DNA of 32,000 nucleotides, taken from the NCBI RefSeq assembly GCF_000012805.1, contig NC_007484.1, positions 840,001 to 872,000 of the forward strand, in the 5' to 3' direction. Both the position numbers and the translations under genes were made by a program. Shown here one piece after another: positions 1-10,482 of this stretch; within the stretch, counting starts at the first letter, position 1, and every line of letters starts with the position of its first letter. The notes beneath the pieces were generated by a model that was not told the DNA's origin, searched no databases, and saw only the letters and a program-made list of their open reading frames with translations. Source of the DNA: Nitrosococcus oceani ATCC 19707. GTDB taxonomy: Bacteria > Pseudomonadota > Gammaproteobacteria > Nitrosococcales > Nitrosococcaceae.

Positions 1-1526
1 TCCAGTGTTTCCCGGGTAGCGGGGGTAAGCCGCTCCCGCTGGATGGTGGTTTCTTCTTCGCGGGCGAGTTGTTCGGAAAGGAGCCCTAGCCGTTCAGTTT
101 CGGAAAGATCGAGATAGCTGGGATGCAGGTCGAGGTGTTTGACTAATTCCGCTACTGCTTCCGTATGACGGCCTGATTCCTGGCGAACATCCAGTTTGAG
201 GAGGTAAAAGCCAAAACTTTCTACTAGGCGAATCAGATCTTGCAATTCCCCTGCGGCAATGTTGCCGTCACCATGGCTGCTCAGGCTGTCGCGAAGGAGG
301 CAGAGATCCTCAAGAAATTTTTCCTCGGAAGGATAACCGACGCCTTGAGGGGGGGTGGGCTGGATTTCTGGCAGGAGATATCGTTCCACGGCCCGTAAGT
401 TATCCATCAGGCGGTAGCGCATCAGGTAGAGTTTGCGCCGGTAAGGTTCGCGGCTAAAGCGGTCGGGATCGCCTCGAAAGGTCTCCGGGCAATCGCTCAA
501 ATCTTGGTTAATGCTTTCAGTCAGGGCCGTTGAGGGCCTGATGAGAGGAATGGAATGGGTGAGAATGCGCGTTAATTTAGTAATGCAGGCGATATAATGC
601 TGTAGGGCCATCCGCATTTGCAGCCGTACGGCCATGGCGGTGACTTCCGGCGTGACATTGGGGTTGCCATCCCGGTCTCCGCCAATCCAGGAGCCAAAGT
701 GTAAAAAGCTGGGGACCCGGAGAGTGGTGCTCTCGGGCAGCATGTCGCCATAGACTTTGTTGATGGCTTCTTCTAGTTGGCGATAGGTTTCGGGTACGGC
801 CTGGAACAAGCTAACTTTGAAATAAAATAGGCCGTTGATGATTTCGTCCTGGACCTGGGGCCGGTGGGCGCGAACTTCATCGGTTTTCCACAGGACCTGG
901 ATTTGCCGTTCTAATTGGCGGTGGAGGGTTTCTTCCTCCCGCTGACTGAGGCGCGTCTCGTCCAGAAGTTTACTGGCAAGGAAGATTTTGCGGAGATGTT
1001 CCATCACCGTGCGGCGCTTGGCTTCGGTGGGATGGGCGGTAATGACGGGAATATAAGCTAGATTATCCAGCATAATCTGGAGTTGCTCGGGACTAATTCC
1101 GCTCTTCCGGAGTTCTCGTAGAGTCTCTTCGAAGGAGCCTCGCCAAAGAGGTCCGCCTGCATCGATGCGGCGTTGCCGTTGCCGGTGCTGGTAAGCTTCT
1201 TCGGCAATATTGGCGAGGCTAAAGTAGATGCTAAAGGCCCGCACGACCTGGGTGATCTTCTCCACATTCAGCGTGTCGATAAGGCGCAGCAACTGGATTC
1301 GCTTGTCAGAATTTTCTTTTTTGCGCAGGTTAATATAGCCCTTGCGCAAGGCCTCGACAGCGGCGAATACTTTTTCCCCGGACTGGTTTTGGATGACCTG
1401 GCCTAGGAGATTGCCAAATAGTTTGACGCGGGCGCGCAGTTCCTTATCCCGCCAGGGAGTGGTATTCCCTGTCTGATCTTGGAGCGCGGGGTTGGTTTCA
1501 GGAGTTTGTGGCTTCATAGATGTCAT
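1..1526 (-). CDS. ppc: phosphoenolpyruvate carboxylase, N-terminal ~508 codons (3' end lies outside the window)
   Basis: Absent from the ORF track because it runs off the window edge. My minus-strand translation from the ATG at 1526 (alternative ATG at 1517) reads MTSMKPQTPE...YIPVITAHPTEAKRRTV...FGSWIGGDRDGNPNVT... with no stop down to position 1. These are PEPC signature motifs. Confidence 0.85.
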   Translation of the reverse strand, partial: MTSMKPQTPETNPALQDQTGNTTPWRDKELRARVKLFGNLLGQVIQNQSGEKVFAAVEALRKGYINLRKKENSDKRIQLLRLIDTLNVEKITQVVRAFSIYFSLANIAEEAYQHRQRQRRIDAGGPLWRGSFEETLRELRKSGISPEQLQIMLDNLAYIPVITAHPTEAKRRTVMEHLRKIFLASKLLDETRLSQREEETLHRQLERQIQVLWKTDEVRAHRPQVQDEIINGLFYFKVSLFQAVPETYRQLEEAINKVYGDMLPESTTLRVPSFLHFGSWIGGDRDGNPNVTPEVTAMAVRLQMRMALQHYIACITKLTRILTHSIPLIRPSTALTESINQDLSDCPETFRGDPDRFSREPYRRKLYLMRYRLMDNLRAVERYLLPEIQPTPPQGVGYPSEEKFLEDLCLLRDSLSSHGDGNIAAGELQDLIRLVESFGFYLLKLDVRQESGRHTEAVAELVKHLDLHPSYLDLSETERLGLLSEQLAREEETTIQRERLTPATRETL

Positions 1527-1564
1527 TATAACCTGCCTAGCTGGGTGTCGGGCACCTGATTTGG

Positions 1565-3040
1565 TTAGAGGACGTTATTTTTGCAACTGAATTCCTGGGA
1601 AACGAGCTGCTGATAAAGGTCAAAATAGGCTTTAGCGCTAGTCTGCCAGCTAAAATTCTGCGCCATGCCAGTAAGGGCGAGCCGGCGCCATTGACGGCTC
1701 TGGGCATAGCAAGCCAGGGCCCGCTGGATTGCGGTCAGCAGGGCAGAGGGAGAGGATTCCGTGAAGGTAAATCCGGTGGCGAGTTCTTGCCGGAGATTTT
1801 TTTCGGTGGCATCTACGATAGTATCGGAGAGGCCACCGGTGCGGCGCGCAATGGGTACCGTACCGTAGCGTAAGGCATAAAGCTGGGTTAGACCGCAGGG
1901 TTCAAAGCGGGAAGGCATGAGAAAAATGTCGGCGCCGGCCTGAACGCCATGGGCGAGCCGTTCATCATAACTGATGGACACCCCTATTTGGTTTGGGTAG
2001 CGGGAGGCAAGTTGTTGCAGGGCATTTTGATGACGCTCCTCCCCCTCGCCCAGGAAAACCACTTGAATTTTTTCAGCAAGCAGCTTCGGGAGAGCGCCGA
2101 GGATAAGGTCAATCCCTTTTTGTTCCACCAATCGCCCTACAAAGCCCAGTACGGGGAGGGTGTCGTCTTCGGGGAGACCATAGCGGCGCTGCAGTGCCAA
2201 CTTGTTGCTCGCCTTATGAGACCAACAGGTTTGATCGTAGCGTTTTTCGATAAAGGGATCGTGGCGGGGGTCCCAACGTTGGTAATCCGCCCCATTGAGA
2301 ATGCCGGTCAGGCGTTTCGAGCGCCCGCGAAGCACCCCGTCCAGGCCGCAGCCAAATTCCGGAGTAAGAATTTCCTTGGCATAGGTGGGACTGACGGTGG
2401 TGAGCCAATCAGCAAATACCAAGCCTCCTTTAATGAAAGAAATTTGGTTATAAAACTCCAAAGCAGCGGGTGACCACCATGCGGAAGGTAATTCCAAGGC
2501 GTCGAACTGTTGCCGGGAAAATACTCCCTGGTAGGCAAGGTTATGAATGGTGAACAGGGTAGCAGGACGGCTTCTAAGGGGGGCAAGGAATGGAGGAATC
2601 AATCCGGTTTGCCAATCGTTGCAATGGATGAGATCAGGCTGCCAGTCAAACTCTGGACTGTTTGCCAAGGTGGCAACAGCCCGGCAGAAAGTGGTAAAAC
2701 GCGCCGCGTTATCCGGCCAATCTTGGCCCTGCTCGTTGAGATAGGGGTTGCCTGGACGGTCAAAATGAGCGGGGCTGTCTACCAGCCAGACCGGGTTGGG
2801 TCCCTCAAGCAGTTGGCCTTTTAAAATACGCACGGGCTCTAGCGCGGCGGGCAGCCGTAAACGGGCGACTTCTTTTAAGTTTTTAAGATGGGTTTTACAG
2901 GCGGGGTAGGCGGGTAGGATAATACCTGCTTCTAGTCCTAAACGGGCGAGCTCTATAGGTAAAATACCCGCAACATCACCTAAACCGCCAGTTTTGATGA
3001 GTGGATGCGCTTCGCTGGTGGCAAACAGGATTTTATACAC
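1565..3040 (-). CDS. glgA: glycogen (starch) synthase, ADP-glucose type
   Basis: 491-aa ORF. The N-terminus SEAHPLIKTGGLGDV is the GT5 KTGGL motif. Full-length GlgA-like architecture, 38 nt upstream of ppc on the same strand. Confidence 0.95.
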   Translation of the reverse strand: MYKILFATSEAHPLIKTGGLGDVAGILPIELARLGLEAGIILPAYPACKTHLKNLKEVARLRLPAALEPVRILKGQLLEGPNPVWLVDSPAHFDRPGNPYLNEQGQDWPDNAARFTTFCRAVATLANSPEFDWQPDLIHCNDWQTGLIPPFLAPLRSRPATLFTIHNLAYQGVFSRQQFDALELPSAWWSPAALEFYNQISFIKGGLVFADWLTTVSPTYAKEILTPEFGCGLDGVLRGRSKRLTGILNGADYQRWDPRHDPFIEKRYDQTCWSHKASNKLALQRRYGLPEDDTLPVLGFVGRLVEQKGIDLILGALPKLLAEKIQVVFLGEGEERHQNALQQLASRYPNQIGVSISYDERLAHGVQAGADIFLMPSRFEPCGLTQLYALRYGTVPIARRTGGLSDTIVDATEKNLRQELATGFTFTESSPSALLTAIQRALACYAQSRQWRRLALTGMAQNFSWQTSAKAYFDLYQQLVSQEFSCKNNVL

Positions 3041-3438
3041 TTTAAGCGCTCAAAAAATCAGAAAATTTATTAGGCGATAAAACGTAGATCATTAATTTTA
3101 AAATAATTATTTTTGCTTTTTTAAAGCTTAGCAAGCTAAGAAACTAAGCTAGGCACGGCAAGCTCCTACCCCTAAAGGAGAAAGCCAAGATTGTTAGAGC
3201 TTAACCTTAATAAAAGCTTACTAATATACCAATGTTTAATTTTATAGGCTAGGCTAACAAGGGGCTCAGTTTTGAGTAGTGATGTTGCCCCGACCATAAG
3301 GTTTGAATATAAATAAATATTATGGTTGCTTTTAAGCGGGATTTATACTTTTGTGGTGGACATGGAAAAATTTTAACTTTCATTTAGTGCTCTCATCAGG
3401 TTAGAGATTCTCCGTGGCTGCTGGGTTTCCTAGGTGAG

Positions 3439-4917
3439 GTGGATATGGTCGAATCATGTACTTTTGTAATTTTCGGTGCTACCGGCAACCTGAGTCGCAA
3501 TAAGCTACTGCCCGCCCTCTATCATTTGGAGTTGGCACAACGGCTGCCTGATAAAATGGCGATTGTGGGCCTTGGGCGCCGGGACTGGAATAATGAGCAT
3601 TGGCGCCAGTGGGTGGCTGAGGATATCGGGCCCAAGGCAAGAGGGGGTCTGGATGAAGCGATTTTAGCCCGTTTCCAGCAGCGGTTGCATTATTTTCAGG
3701 GAGATTTTGGAGAGTCGGAAACCTACCAGCGTCTTAAAGACTACCTAGAGAAGGAAACTCAGAATTTCCCCTCCAATAGCGTGTTCTATCTGTCTATTCG
3801 TCCGGCAGAGTTTAGCGTGGTGTCGGATAATCTCGGGGCGGTGGGCCTCAATTCGGAGCAAGAGGGGTGGCGGCGGTTAGTGGTGGAAAAGCCCTTTGGC
3901 TACGATCTAGAAAGCGCCGAGAGGCTAGAATCCCGTTTGCACCGGTATTTTGCGGAGTCCCAAATTTTCCGTATCGACCATTATTTGGGTAAGGGGACAG
4001 TGCAAAATGTGTTTGTATTCCGCTTTGCTAATTTGATGCTCGAACCCCTATGGAATCGTAATTATATTGATCATATTCAAATTACCCATGCGGAAACCCG
4101 GGGGCTGGAGGGACGGGCAGGATATTATGAGGGGACCGGCGCCCTGCGGGATATGATCCAAAGCCATCTGCTGCAAATGCTTGCCCTCGTGGCCATGGAA
4201 CCTCCCCCTAACATGGACCCGGAGTCCCTGCGGGATGAGAAAGTCAAGGTATTGAAATCAATCCGCCCCATTCCGGCCCGTGCTGTTAACGCCCATGCTT
4301 TTCGTGCCCAATACGCCTCCGGCATTATCAACGATAAAAAAGTGCCTGGCTATTTGACCGAGGAAGGAGTCGCCGAAGACAGTACGACGGCAACGTATGT
4401 GGCCCTTAAGCTTTATATTGATAACTGGCGCTGGCGTCATATACCCTTCTATTTGCGCACGGGTAAACGGATGGCCACGACCACCTCTCAAATTTCGATC
4501 CGCTTCAAGCGGGTTCCCCAGCAGTTATTTCGGCACACTCCCATCCAGCGTATCGAGCCTAATTGGCTTTTATTGGGCATTCAGCCCGATGAATGCATGC
4601 GGATTGAGCTGCATGTCAAAAAACCGGGGCTGGAAATGGATACGGAGATCACCACCCTGGATGCTGCTTTTTGCCGGCAGGGAGAGATGAAATTGGATGC
4701 CTATGAAGCCTTGCTTTTGGATGTTGTGGAGGGAGATAATTCCCTATTTTTGCGCTATGATGAAGTGCGCTGGGCCTGGCGGGTGGTGGACCCCATACTT
4801 AAAGTATGGGCCAGTGAGCGGGATTTTATCCATAGCTATGGAGCCGGTAGTTGGGGGCCTCCGGAAACCTCCCGTCTATTTGACCGTGAGGATCAGCATT
4901 GGCGTAATACTCTTTAA
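3439..4917 (+). CDS. zwf: glucose-6-phosphate 1-dehydrogenase
   Basis: 492-aa ORF with a GTG start (in-frame ATG two codons later). Motifs: FGATGNL NADP-binding site, EKPFG, and the RIDHYLGK active-site motif. Confidence 0.95.
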   Translation: MDMVESCTFVIFGATGNLSRNKLLPALYHLELAQRLPDKMAIVGLGRRDWNNEHWRQWVAEDIGPKARGGLDEAILARFQQRLHYFQGDFGESETYQRLKDYLEKETQNFPSNSVFYLSIRPAEFSVVSDNLGAVGLNSEQEGWRRLVVEKPFGYDLESAERLESRLHRYFAESQIFRIDHYLGKGTVQNVFVFRFANLMLEPLWNRNYIDHIQITHAETRGLEGRAGYYEGTGALRDMIQSHLLQMLALVAMEPPPNMDPESLRDEKVKVLKSIRPIPARAVNAHAFRAQYASGIINDKKVPGYLTEEGVAEDSTTATYVALKLYIDNWRWRHIPFYLRTGKRMATTTSQISIRFKRVPQQLFRHTPIQRIEPNWLLLGIQPDECMRIELHVKKPGLEMDTEITTLDAAFCRQGEMKLDAYEALLLDVVEGDNSLFLRYDEVRWAWRVVDPILKVWASERDFIHSYGAGSWGPPETSRLFDREDQHWRNTL

Positions 4918-4929
4918 AAATAAAGGCCT

Positions 4930-6006
4930 ATGATTCAACAACCGCTTTTGATTACCGGGGGCGCCGGTTTTATTGGTTCTACCGTGGTGCGGCATTTTCT
5001 TGCAGCCACGGAGCGGGGGGTGATTAATGTGGATAAACTCACCTATGCCGGTAATCCGGAGTCCCTGGAAGACCTTGCTTCTCACCCTCGCTATGAATTT
5101 GTCCATGCCAATATCTGCCAGCGGGAGGCTATGACGCAAATATTTGCCCGCTACCAGCCGGGTGCGGTGCTGCACCTGGCTGCCGAATCCCATGTGGATC
5201 GCTCCATTGATAACCCGGCAGCTTTTATCGACACCAATGTGACCGGGACTTATATTTTGCTAGAAGCAGCCTTGGACTATTGGCGGAAGCTTGATAAAAG
5301 CGCTCAAGCCCGGTTTCGTTTTCACCACATCTCCACCGATGAAGTGTTTGGTTCTTTGGGCGCAACGGGGCTGTTCCGGGAAGACTCTCCCTATCAGCCC
5401 AATTCCCCCTACGCCGCGAGCAAGGCCGCCTCGGATCACCTTGTACGGGCCTGGTATCATACTTATGGATTGCCGGTTTTGATTACTAATTGCTCCAATA
5501 ATTACGGTCCCCGCCAATTTCCGGAAAAACTTATCCCCCTGATGGTTCTCAATGGCATGGAGGGCAAATCCCTGCCGGTGTATGGCGCTGGCGATAATGT
5601 GCGGGATTGGTTGTATGTGGAAGACCATGTGCGGGCGCTGGAAACCGTCCTTAACAAGGGACAGCCGGGAGAAACCTATAATATTGGCGGGTACAATGAA
5701 AAAACCAACGTCGAGGTAGTAGAACTCATTTGCCAATTTCTTGATGAACTGCTTCCCCAATCCCCTCACCGGCCTCACCGTTCCCTCATTACCTTTGTAG
5801 CGGATCGGCCCGGCCATGACCAGCGATATGCCATCGATGCGGGAAAAATAGCCTGTGAACTGGATTGGCGGCCCCGGGAAACCTTCGAGACTGGGTTGCG
5901 CAAGACGGTGCAATGGTATCTGGATAATCAGAATTGGTGCCGGCGGGTATTGGATGGCAGTTATCGCCGGGAGCGTTTAGGCATCAAGGGTCAAGCCCAT
6001 GCGTAA
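4930..6006 (+). CDS. rfbB: dTDP-glucose 4,6-dehydratase
   Basis: 358 aa. Motifs: GGAGFIGS Rossmann fold and YAASKAASD (YxxxK). Heads an rfbB-A-C-D block. Confidence 0.95.
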   Translation: MIQQPLLITGGAGFIGSTVVRHFLAATERGVINVDKLTYAGNPESLEDLASHPRYEFVHANICQREAMTQIFARYQPGAVLHLAAESHVDRSIDNPAAFIDTNVTGTYILLEAALDYWRKLDKSAQARFRFHHISTDEVFGSLGATGLFREDSPYQPNSPYAASKAASDHLVRAWYHTYGLPVLITNCSNNYGPRQFPEKLIPLMVLNGMEGKSLPVYGAGDNVRDWLYVEDHVRALETVLNKGQPGETYNIGGYNEKTNVEVVELICQFLDELLPQSPHRPHRSLITFVADRPGHDQRYAIDAGKIACELDWRPRETFETGLRKTVQWYLDNQNWCRRVLDGSYRRERLGIKGQAHA

Positions 6007-6877
6007 GGGAATTATTCTTGCCGGGGGATCGGGAACCCGGCTGTATCCTGTTACCCAGCCGGTTTGCAAGCAGCTTCTGCCCGTTTACGATAAACCCATG
6101 CTCTACTACCCCCTCTCGGCCTTGATGCTGGCCGGTATCCGGGAGATTTTGGTCATTTCCACCCCTCAGGATTTGCCCCGTATCGAGCAGTTATTGGGGG
6201 AGGGTTCCCAGTGGGGGTTGAGCTTTTCTTACCGGGTGCAGTCCCGGCCCGAGGGCATCGCCCAGGCTTTTATCCTTGGCAAGGACTTCATTGGGGGGGA
6301 GCCCTGTGCTTTGATATTGGGGGATAATATCTTCCATGGCGATGATCTTTCTGTCCTATTGCAGGAGGCCGCTCAGCGGGATTTGGGCGCTACAGTATTT
6401 GCTTATCCGGTCCATGATCCAGAGCGTTACGGCGTGGTGGAATTTGAAGATGGCCGCAAGGTTTTGAGCATCGAGGAGAAACCGGCAGTGCCTAAATCCC
6501 GTTATGCGGTAACAGGGCTGTATTTTTATAATGCCCAAGTGGTGGAAATAGCTGAATCTCTGTCCCCCTCTGCACGGGGCGAGTTGGAGATTACCGATAT
6601 CAACCGGTATTACTTGAAGCAAGGACAGTTGTTTGTGGAAGTCATGAGCCGAGGCATGGCGTGGCTGGATACCGGCACCCACGATTCCCTGTTGGACGCC
6701 GCCTTGTTCATTCACACTATCGAAAAACGGCAAGGTCTGAAAATTGCCTGTCCCGAGGAAATTGCCTACCGGATGGGGTATATCGGCGCTGAAGAGCTAG
6801 TGCGTTTAGCTGGGCCGCTGCAAAAAAGCGGTTATGGCGACTATTTGCTAAGCTTGTTACAGGATAAAGTGTATTAA
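5999..6877 (+). CDS. rfbA: glucose-1-phosphate thymidylyltransferase
   Basis: 292 aa. Opens [17 protein letters not shown] (GxGTRL nucleotidyltransferase motif). Overlaps the rfbB stop by 8 nt. Confidence 0.95.
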   Translation: MRKGIILAGGSGTRLYPVTQPVCKQLLPVYDKPMLYYPLSALMLAGIREILVISTPQDLPRIEQLLGEGSQWGLSFSYRVQSRPEGIAQAFILGKDFIGGEPCALILGDNIFHGDDLSVLLQEAAQRDLGATVFAYPVHDPERYGVVEFEDGRKVLSIEEKPAVPKSRYAVTGLYFYNAQVVEIAESLSPSARGELEITDINRYYLKQGQLFVEVMSRGMAWLDTGTHDSLLDAALFIHTIEKRQGLKIACPEEIAYRMGYIGAEELVRLAGPLQKSGYGDYLLSLLQDKVY

Positions 6878-6895
6878 AAAGAGTCCCTGGTTTCC

Positions 6896-7441
6896 ATGAA
6901 AGCAACCTCAACTTCGCTCCCTGGCGTTTTGTTGATCGAACCCCGCGTCTTTGGCGATGAGCGAGGGTTTTTCTTTGAAAGCTATAATCGGGCCGCCTTT
7001 GCGGCGGCAACCGATACCCAGGTCGAGTTTGTGCAGGATAACCATTCTCGCTCGCTCCAGCATGTTCTACGGGGCCTGCACTACCAAATTTGCCAACCCC
7101 AGGGGAAGTTGGTTCGGGTGGTTGCCGGTGAAGTTTTTGACGTAGCCGTTGATCTGCGGCGCCGTTCTCCTGGCTTTGGCCGTTGGGTAGGTTACCGCCT
7201 CTCGGCGGAAAACAGGCACCAGCTTTGGATACCGGGAGGATTTGCCCACGGTTTTTTGGTTTTAAGCGAGTATGCGGAATTTTTGTATAAAACCACCGCC
7301 TACTACGCGCCGGAGTACGAGCGCTGCATTCGCTGGGATGATTCCGATCTGGCCATTGACTGGCCCTTGGATGGAAGGCCGCTCATTTCCGCCAAGGATC
7401 AAGCCGGTTGTGCTTTTAACGAGGCGGAGCTGTTTCCGTGA
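6896..7441 (+). CDS. rfbC: dTDP-4-dehydrorhamnose 3,5-epimerase
   Basis: 181 aa. FGDERGFFFE and RGLHYQ cupin motifs typical of RmlC. Confidence 0.93.
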   Translation: MKATSTSLPGVLLIEPRVFGDERGFFFESYNRAAFAAATDTQVEFVQDNHSRSLQHVLRGLHYQICQPQGKLVRVVAGEVFDVAVDLRRRSPGFGRWVGYRLSAENRHQLWIPGGFAHGFLVLSEYAEFLYKTTAYYAPEYERCIRWDDSDLAIDWPLDGRPLISAKDQAGCAFNEAELFP

Positions 7442-8325
7442 ACAGCACTCAGAGACGGATACTTTTAATAGGCGCCACAGGTCAGGTGGGTTGGGAGTTA
7501 CAGCGGACCCTAGCGCCCTTGGGGGAAGTATTTGCTCCGGGGCGGGAGCGCCTGGATCTGGCCCAATTGGACAGTATTCGCCCTTGCCTTGCCGAGACCC
7601 AGCCGGCCTTGATCGTCAATGCCGCAGCTTATACCGCCGTGGATAAGGCAGAGGAGGAACCGGAGCAAGCGTTGGCCATTAATGGCAAGGCTCCTGGCGT
7701 ATTGGCGGAAACGGCCCGCCAGCAGGGCGCGGCGTTTATTCATTATTCTACCGACTATGTGTTTGATGGAAAAAAGGCCGCCCCCTATCGCGAGAGTGAT
7801 ACTCCCCGGCCGTTGAATGTTTACGGCCAAACCAAGCTGACGGGAGAGCAAGCTATTGTCGCCGTGGGTGGAGCCTATTTAATTTTGCGCACCAGTTGGG
7901 TCTATGGGCTGAGGGGACATAATTTTTTATTGACCATGCAGCGTTTGGCCCGGGAAAGGGAAGTGCTTAGGGTGGTGGATGATCAATGGGGCGCACCTAC
8001 CTGGAGCCGCTTGATTGCGGAAGGAACGGCGCAAATCATTGCCCAGTCCTGGGGTCATAGGCAGAACTATATTCCCCTACAGACAGGTATTTACCACCTA
8101 AGCTGTGGGGAAAAGACGACTTGGCATGGTTTTGCGCAGACTATTTTGACGCGCCTAGCGCAAGGGGCGGGATCGGTAGCGAAGCTAAAAGCTATTTCTG
8201 CCGCGGATTATCCGACCGCCGCCCGGCGTCCCGCCTTCTCCTGTTTGGACAATACGCTGGCACGGGATACCTTTGGCATTCAACTGCCAAGCTGGCGGAC
8301 GGCATTGGAATTGGCGCTTTCATAG
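7438..8325 (+). CDS. rfbD: dTDP-4-dehydrorhamnose reductase
   Basis: 295 aa. ILLIGATGQVG Rossmann fold and STDYVFDG motif. 4-nt overlap with rfbC. Confidence 0.93.
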   Translation: MNSTQRRILLIGATGQVGWELQRTLAPLGEVFAPGRERLDLAQLDSIRPCLAETQPALIVNAAAYTAVDKAEEEPEQALAINGKAPGVLAETARQQGAAFIHYSTDYVFDGKKAAPYRESDTPRPLNVYGQTKLTGEQAIVAVGGAYLILRTSWVYGLRGHNFLLTMQRLAREREVLRVVDDQWGAPTWSRLIAEGTAQIIAQSWGHRQNYIPLQTGIYHLSCGEKTTWHGFAQTILTRLAQGAGSVAKLKAISAADYPTAARRPAFSCLDNTLARDTFGIQLPSWRTALELALS

Positions 8326-8334
8326 GATTGTTTA

Positions 8335-10347
8335 CTAAGCGCGCCAGCCCAATTCCTGGGCCCGCTGCCGGGCCAGCGCCGGGATATCAGTGGCGATAAA
8401 ATGCTGATGCAGGATCTGTACCCCCAGGAGATGGTTGATGACCGCATCTAGCCGGACTTTAGTGGAGAGGGGGGTCTGTTTGGCTTCGTGCAAGGCAAAC
8501 AGATCCTTAACCCCTTGCGCGTCTAGTAATCCGGTATGGGCAATGGCCTCCGCGGTTAGGTATTTTTGGGCTAATTGGTTCATGGCCGCCCATTTTTTAG
8601 GATCGGTATGGGCAGGTGGCGCCATGAAGGCAAATTTTTCCCGCTCATAAAGCACCTTGGGCAAGAGTCCCCGCATGGCCTCCCGTAGCACATACTTCTC
8701 CTTTTGCCCCTTGATCCGCATGGCGGGGGGTAATCCCGTGGCGAACTCGGCTAGGTGATGGTCCAGAAAGGGGGGGCGGGCTTCCATGGAGTTGGCCATA
8801 TCCACCCGGTCTCCTCCCCAGGTCAAGATTTGCCCTTCCAGCATCGTTTTGATCCAGATATATTGGGCCTTATCCAAGGGGTGTCGATTAACCAGCATAT
8901 CCGCATCCAAATGCTCGGCAATGGCTTGGCCTGGATCATAGCTTTTAACTTGCTCACGGAGGGGGGCGCTCAGCAAGGCGGGGACATGTTCAGCCGCGTG
9001 GAGCCAAGGTTGCAGGCAACTCGGCGTGAAACCTATCAGGGCCTCTAGGGCGGTATTATGGGTCTCGTTCTCGGCTAGCATGGCTCCCCGGAAAAGCTGG
9101 TTGCTCTCGGCCAAACCCCGTTCCCACTGGACACGTTCTTGGGCAGAGAGAGTCTCCAGCCCATGGAGAATCATATCCCGGCGGAAGGAGGGATAGCCCC
9201 CAAATAATTCATCCGAGCCCTCCCCGGTCACCACGACTTTGTATTGGGTTTGGTGAACGTGACGGCTCATGAGCAGTTTAGCGACACCGAGAGTGTTGTA
9301 GATGGTTCGTTCCGTGTGCCAGAGGGTTTCGGCGAAGTGGTCATAGAGATGATCAGCCCTAAGATGGATGATATCTTGATCAGCCCCTGTGGCTCGCGCC
9401 ATTTCCTGGGCGATGGGGGTCTCATCGTAGTCCACATCATCAAAGCCGATAGTAAAGGCTTTGACCGGCGCTTGTTGGATAGCGGCCGAGAGGCCCAGGG
9501 CGATGCAGGAGTCGATGCCGCCAGAGAGATAACAGCCTACCGGGACATCGGCTTCTAGTCGGAGTTGCACTGCTTCGGTAAGCTGAGTCCGGACTCCTTC
9601 AATATGGTGCTCTTCAGGGAGGGAGTCGGTGCGTTCCGAGAGCCGGGGAAAATCCAAATCCCAGTATTTCTCTTCCCGGATCTGGAAATTACCCTGCTTG
9701 CGTTCCACAATGACCACATGCCCTGGTTTGACCTGCTGAATGCCCTCGAAGGCGGTGCTGCCTGGCACCATGGTTTGCATAAGCTGGTGAAACAGGCCCT
9801 GGGGGCTGAAGCGGCGTGGCACTTCGGGGTGGGCAAACAGGGCTTTTATTTCGGAACCAAATACCAAGGTGCCATTGACCTGGGTCCAGTAGAGGGGTTT
9901 GATGCCGAAGCGGTCCCGGATCAGCATTAATCGGTCCCTTTCCTGATCGTAGAGAGCAAAGGCAAACTCTCCCCGCAAGTGGGGCAACATCCCTCGCAGC
10001 CCCAGCCGGGGGTAGAGATGGAGTACTAACTCTGAGTCGCTTTTGGTGCGAAAACGGGCGCCGCGGGAGGTGAAATCGGCCCGCAGCCGCTTATAGTCAT
10101 AAAATTCCCCATTAGTGGTAAGCAGCAACCGGCCATCTTCGGAGGTAAAAGGCTGCCGGCCCCGGTTTGCTTCCAGATCGATAATGGAGAGGCGGGCGTG
10201 GCTGAAGCCGATCCCTTGATTGTCGATGAGTTGATAACCGAAGCCATCAGGACCACGATGGTGTTGAATGGCGGCCATGGCCACGAGCGTTTGGGGGTCG
10301 ATAGGGTGGTTAGGGTTTAGGTGGATGTAGCCAGCAATGCCACACAT
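8335..10347 (-). CDS. asparagine synthase B-like glutamine-dependent amidotransferase (long form, 670 aa); substrate unknown
   Basis: The N-terminal MCGIAGY gives the Ntn Cys2 glutaminase nucleophile. CYLSGGIDS is the PP-loop ATP-pyrophosphatase motif, so both half-reactions look intact. It is the last gene of the minus-strand operon, and its stop lies only 9 nt from the convergent rfbD stop. Confidence 0.85.
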   Translation of the reverse strand: MCGIAGYIHLNPNHPIDPQTLVAMAAIQHHRGPDGFGYQLIDNQGIGFSHARLSIIDLEANRGRQPFTSEDGRLLLTTNGEFYDYKRLRADFTSRGARFRTKSDSELVLHLYPRLGLRGMLPHLRGEFAFALYDQERDRLMLIRDRFGIKPLYWTQVNGTLVFGSEIKALFAHPEVPRRFSPQGLFHQLMQTMVPGSTAFEGIQQVKPGHVVIVERKQGNFQIREEKYWDLDFPRLSERTDSLPEEHHIEGVRTQLTEAVQLRLEADVPVGCYLSGGIDSCIALGLSAAIQQAPVKAFTIGFDDVDYDETPIAQEMARATGADQDIIHLRADHLYDHFAETLWHTERTIYNTLGVAKLLMSRHVHQTQYKVVVTGEGSDELFGGYPSFRRDMILHGLETLSAQERVQWERGLAESNQLFRGAMLAENETHNTALEALIGFTPSCLQPWLHAAEHVPALLSAPLREQVKSYDPGQAIAEHLDADMLVNRHPLDKAQYIWIKTMLEGQILTWGGDRVDMANSMEARPPFLDHHLAEFATGLPPAMRIKGQKEKYVLREAMRGLLPKVLYEREKFAFMAPPAHTDPKKWAAMNQLAQKYLTAEAIAHTGLLDAQGVKDLFALHEAKQTPLSTKVRLDAVINHLLGVQILHQHFIATDIPALARQRAQELGWRA

Positions 10348-10482
10348 AAATTCATTCCTTTTGTGGGTTAATAATCAGCCGTAAGGAGGTGGGAAGCGGT
10401 GATTCCCAAGTAGGGAGTTTTGAGTGTTACTGTTGGATCAGTCAATAATTTGGGAGAGATCATTCTCCGGGATTGAAAGAGA

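Noticed and set aside
1058-1406. Short ORFs (69 and 77 aa) listed in the first 1.5 kb.
   Set aside because: They lie in off-frames of the ppc coding sequence, which is open on the minus strand across the whole region.
8335-10347. The AsnB-like protein as a lasso-peptide cyclase.
   Set aside because: It retains the Cys2 glutaminase nucleophile (MCGIAGY) and a full glutaminase domain. No precursor peptide, transglutaminase-like leader peptidase or PqqD-like RRE gene is adjacent. The neighbours are small-molecule enzymes.
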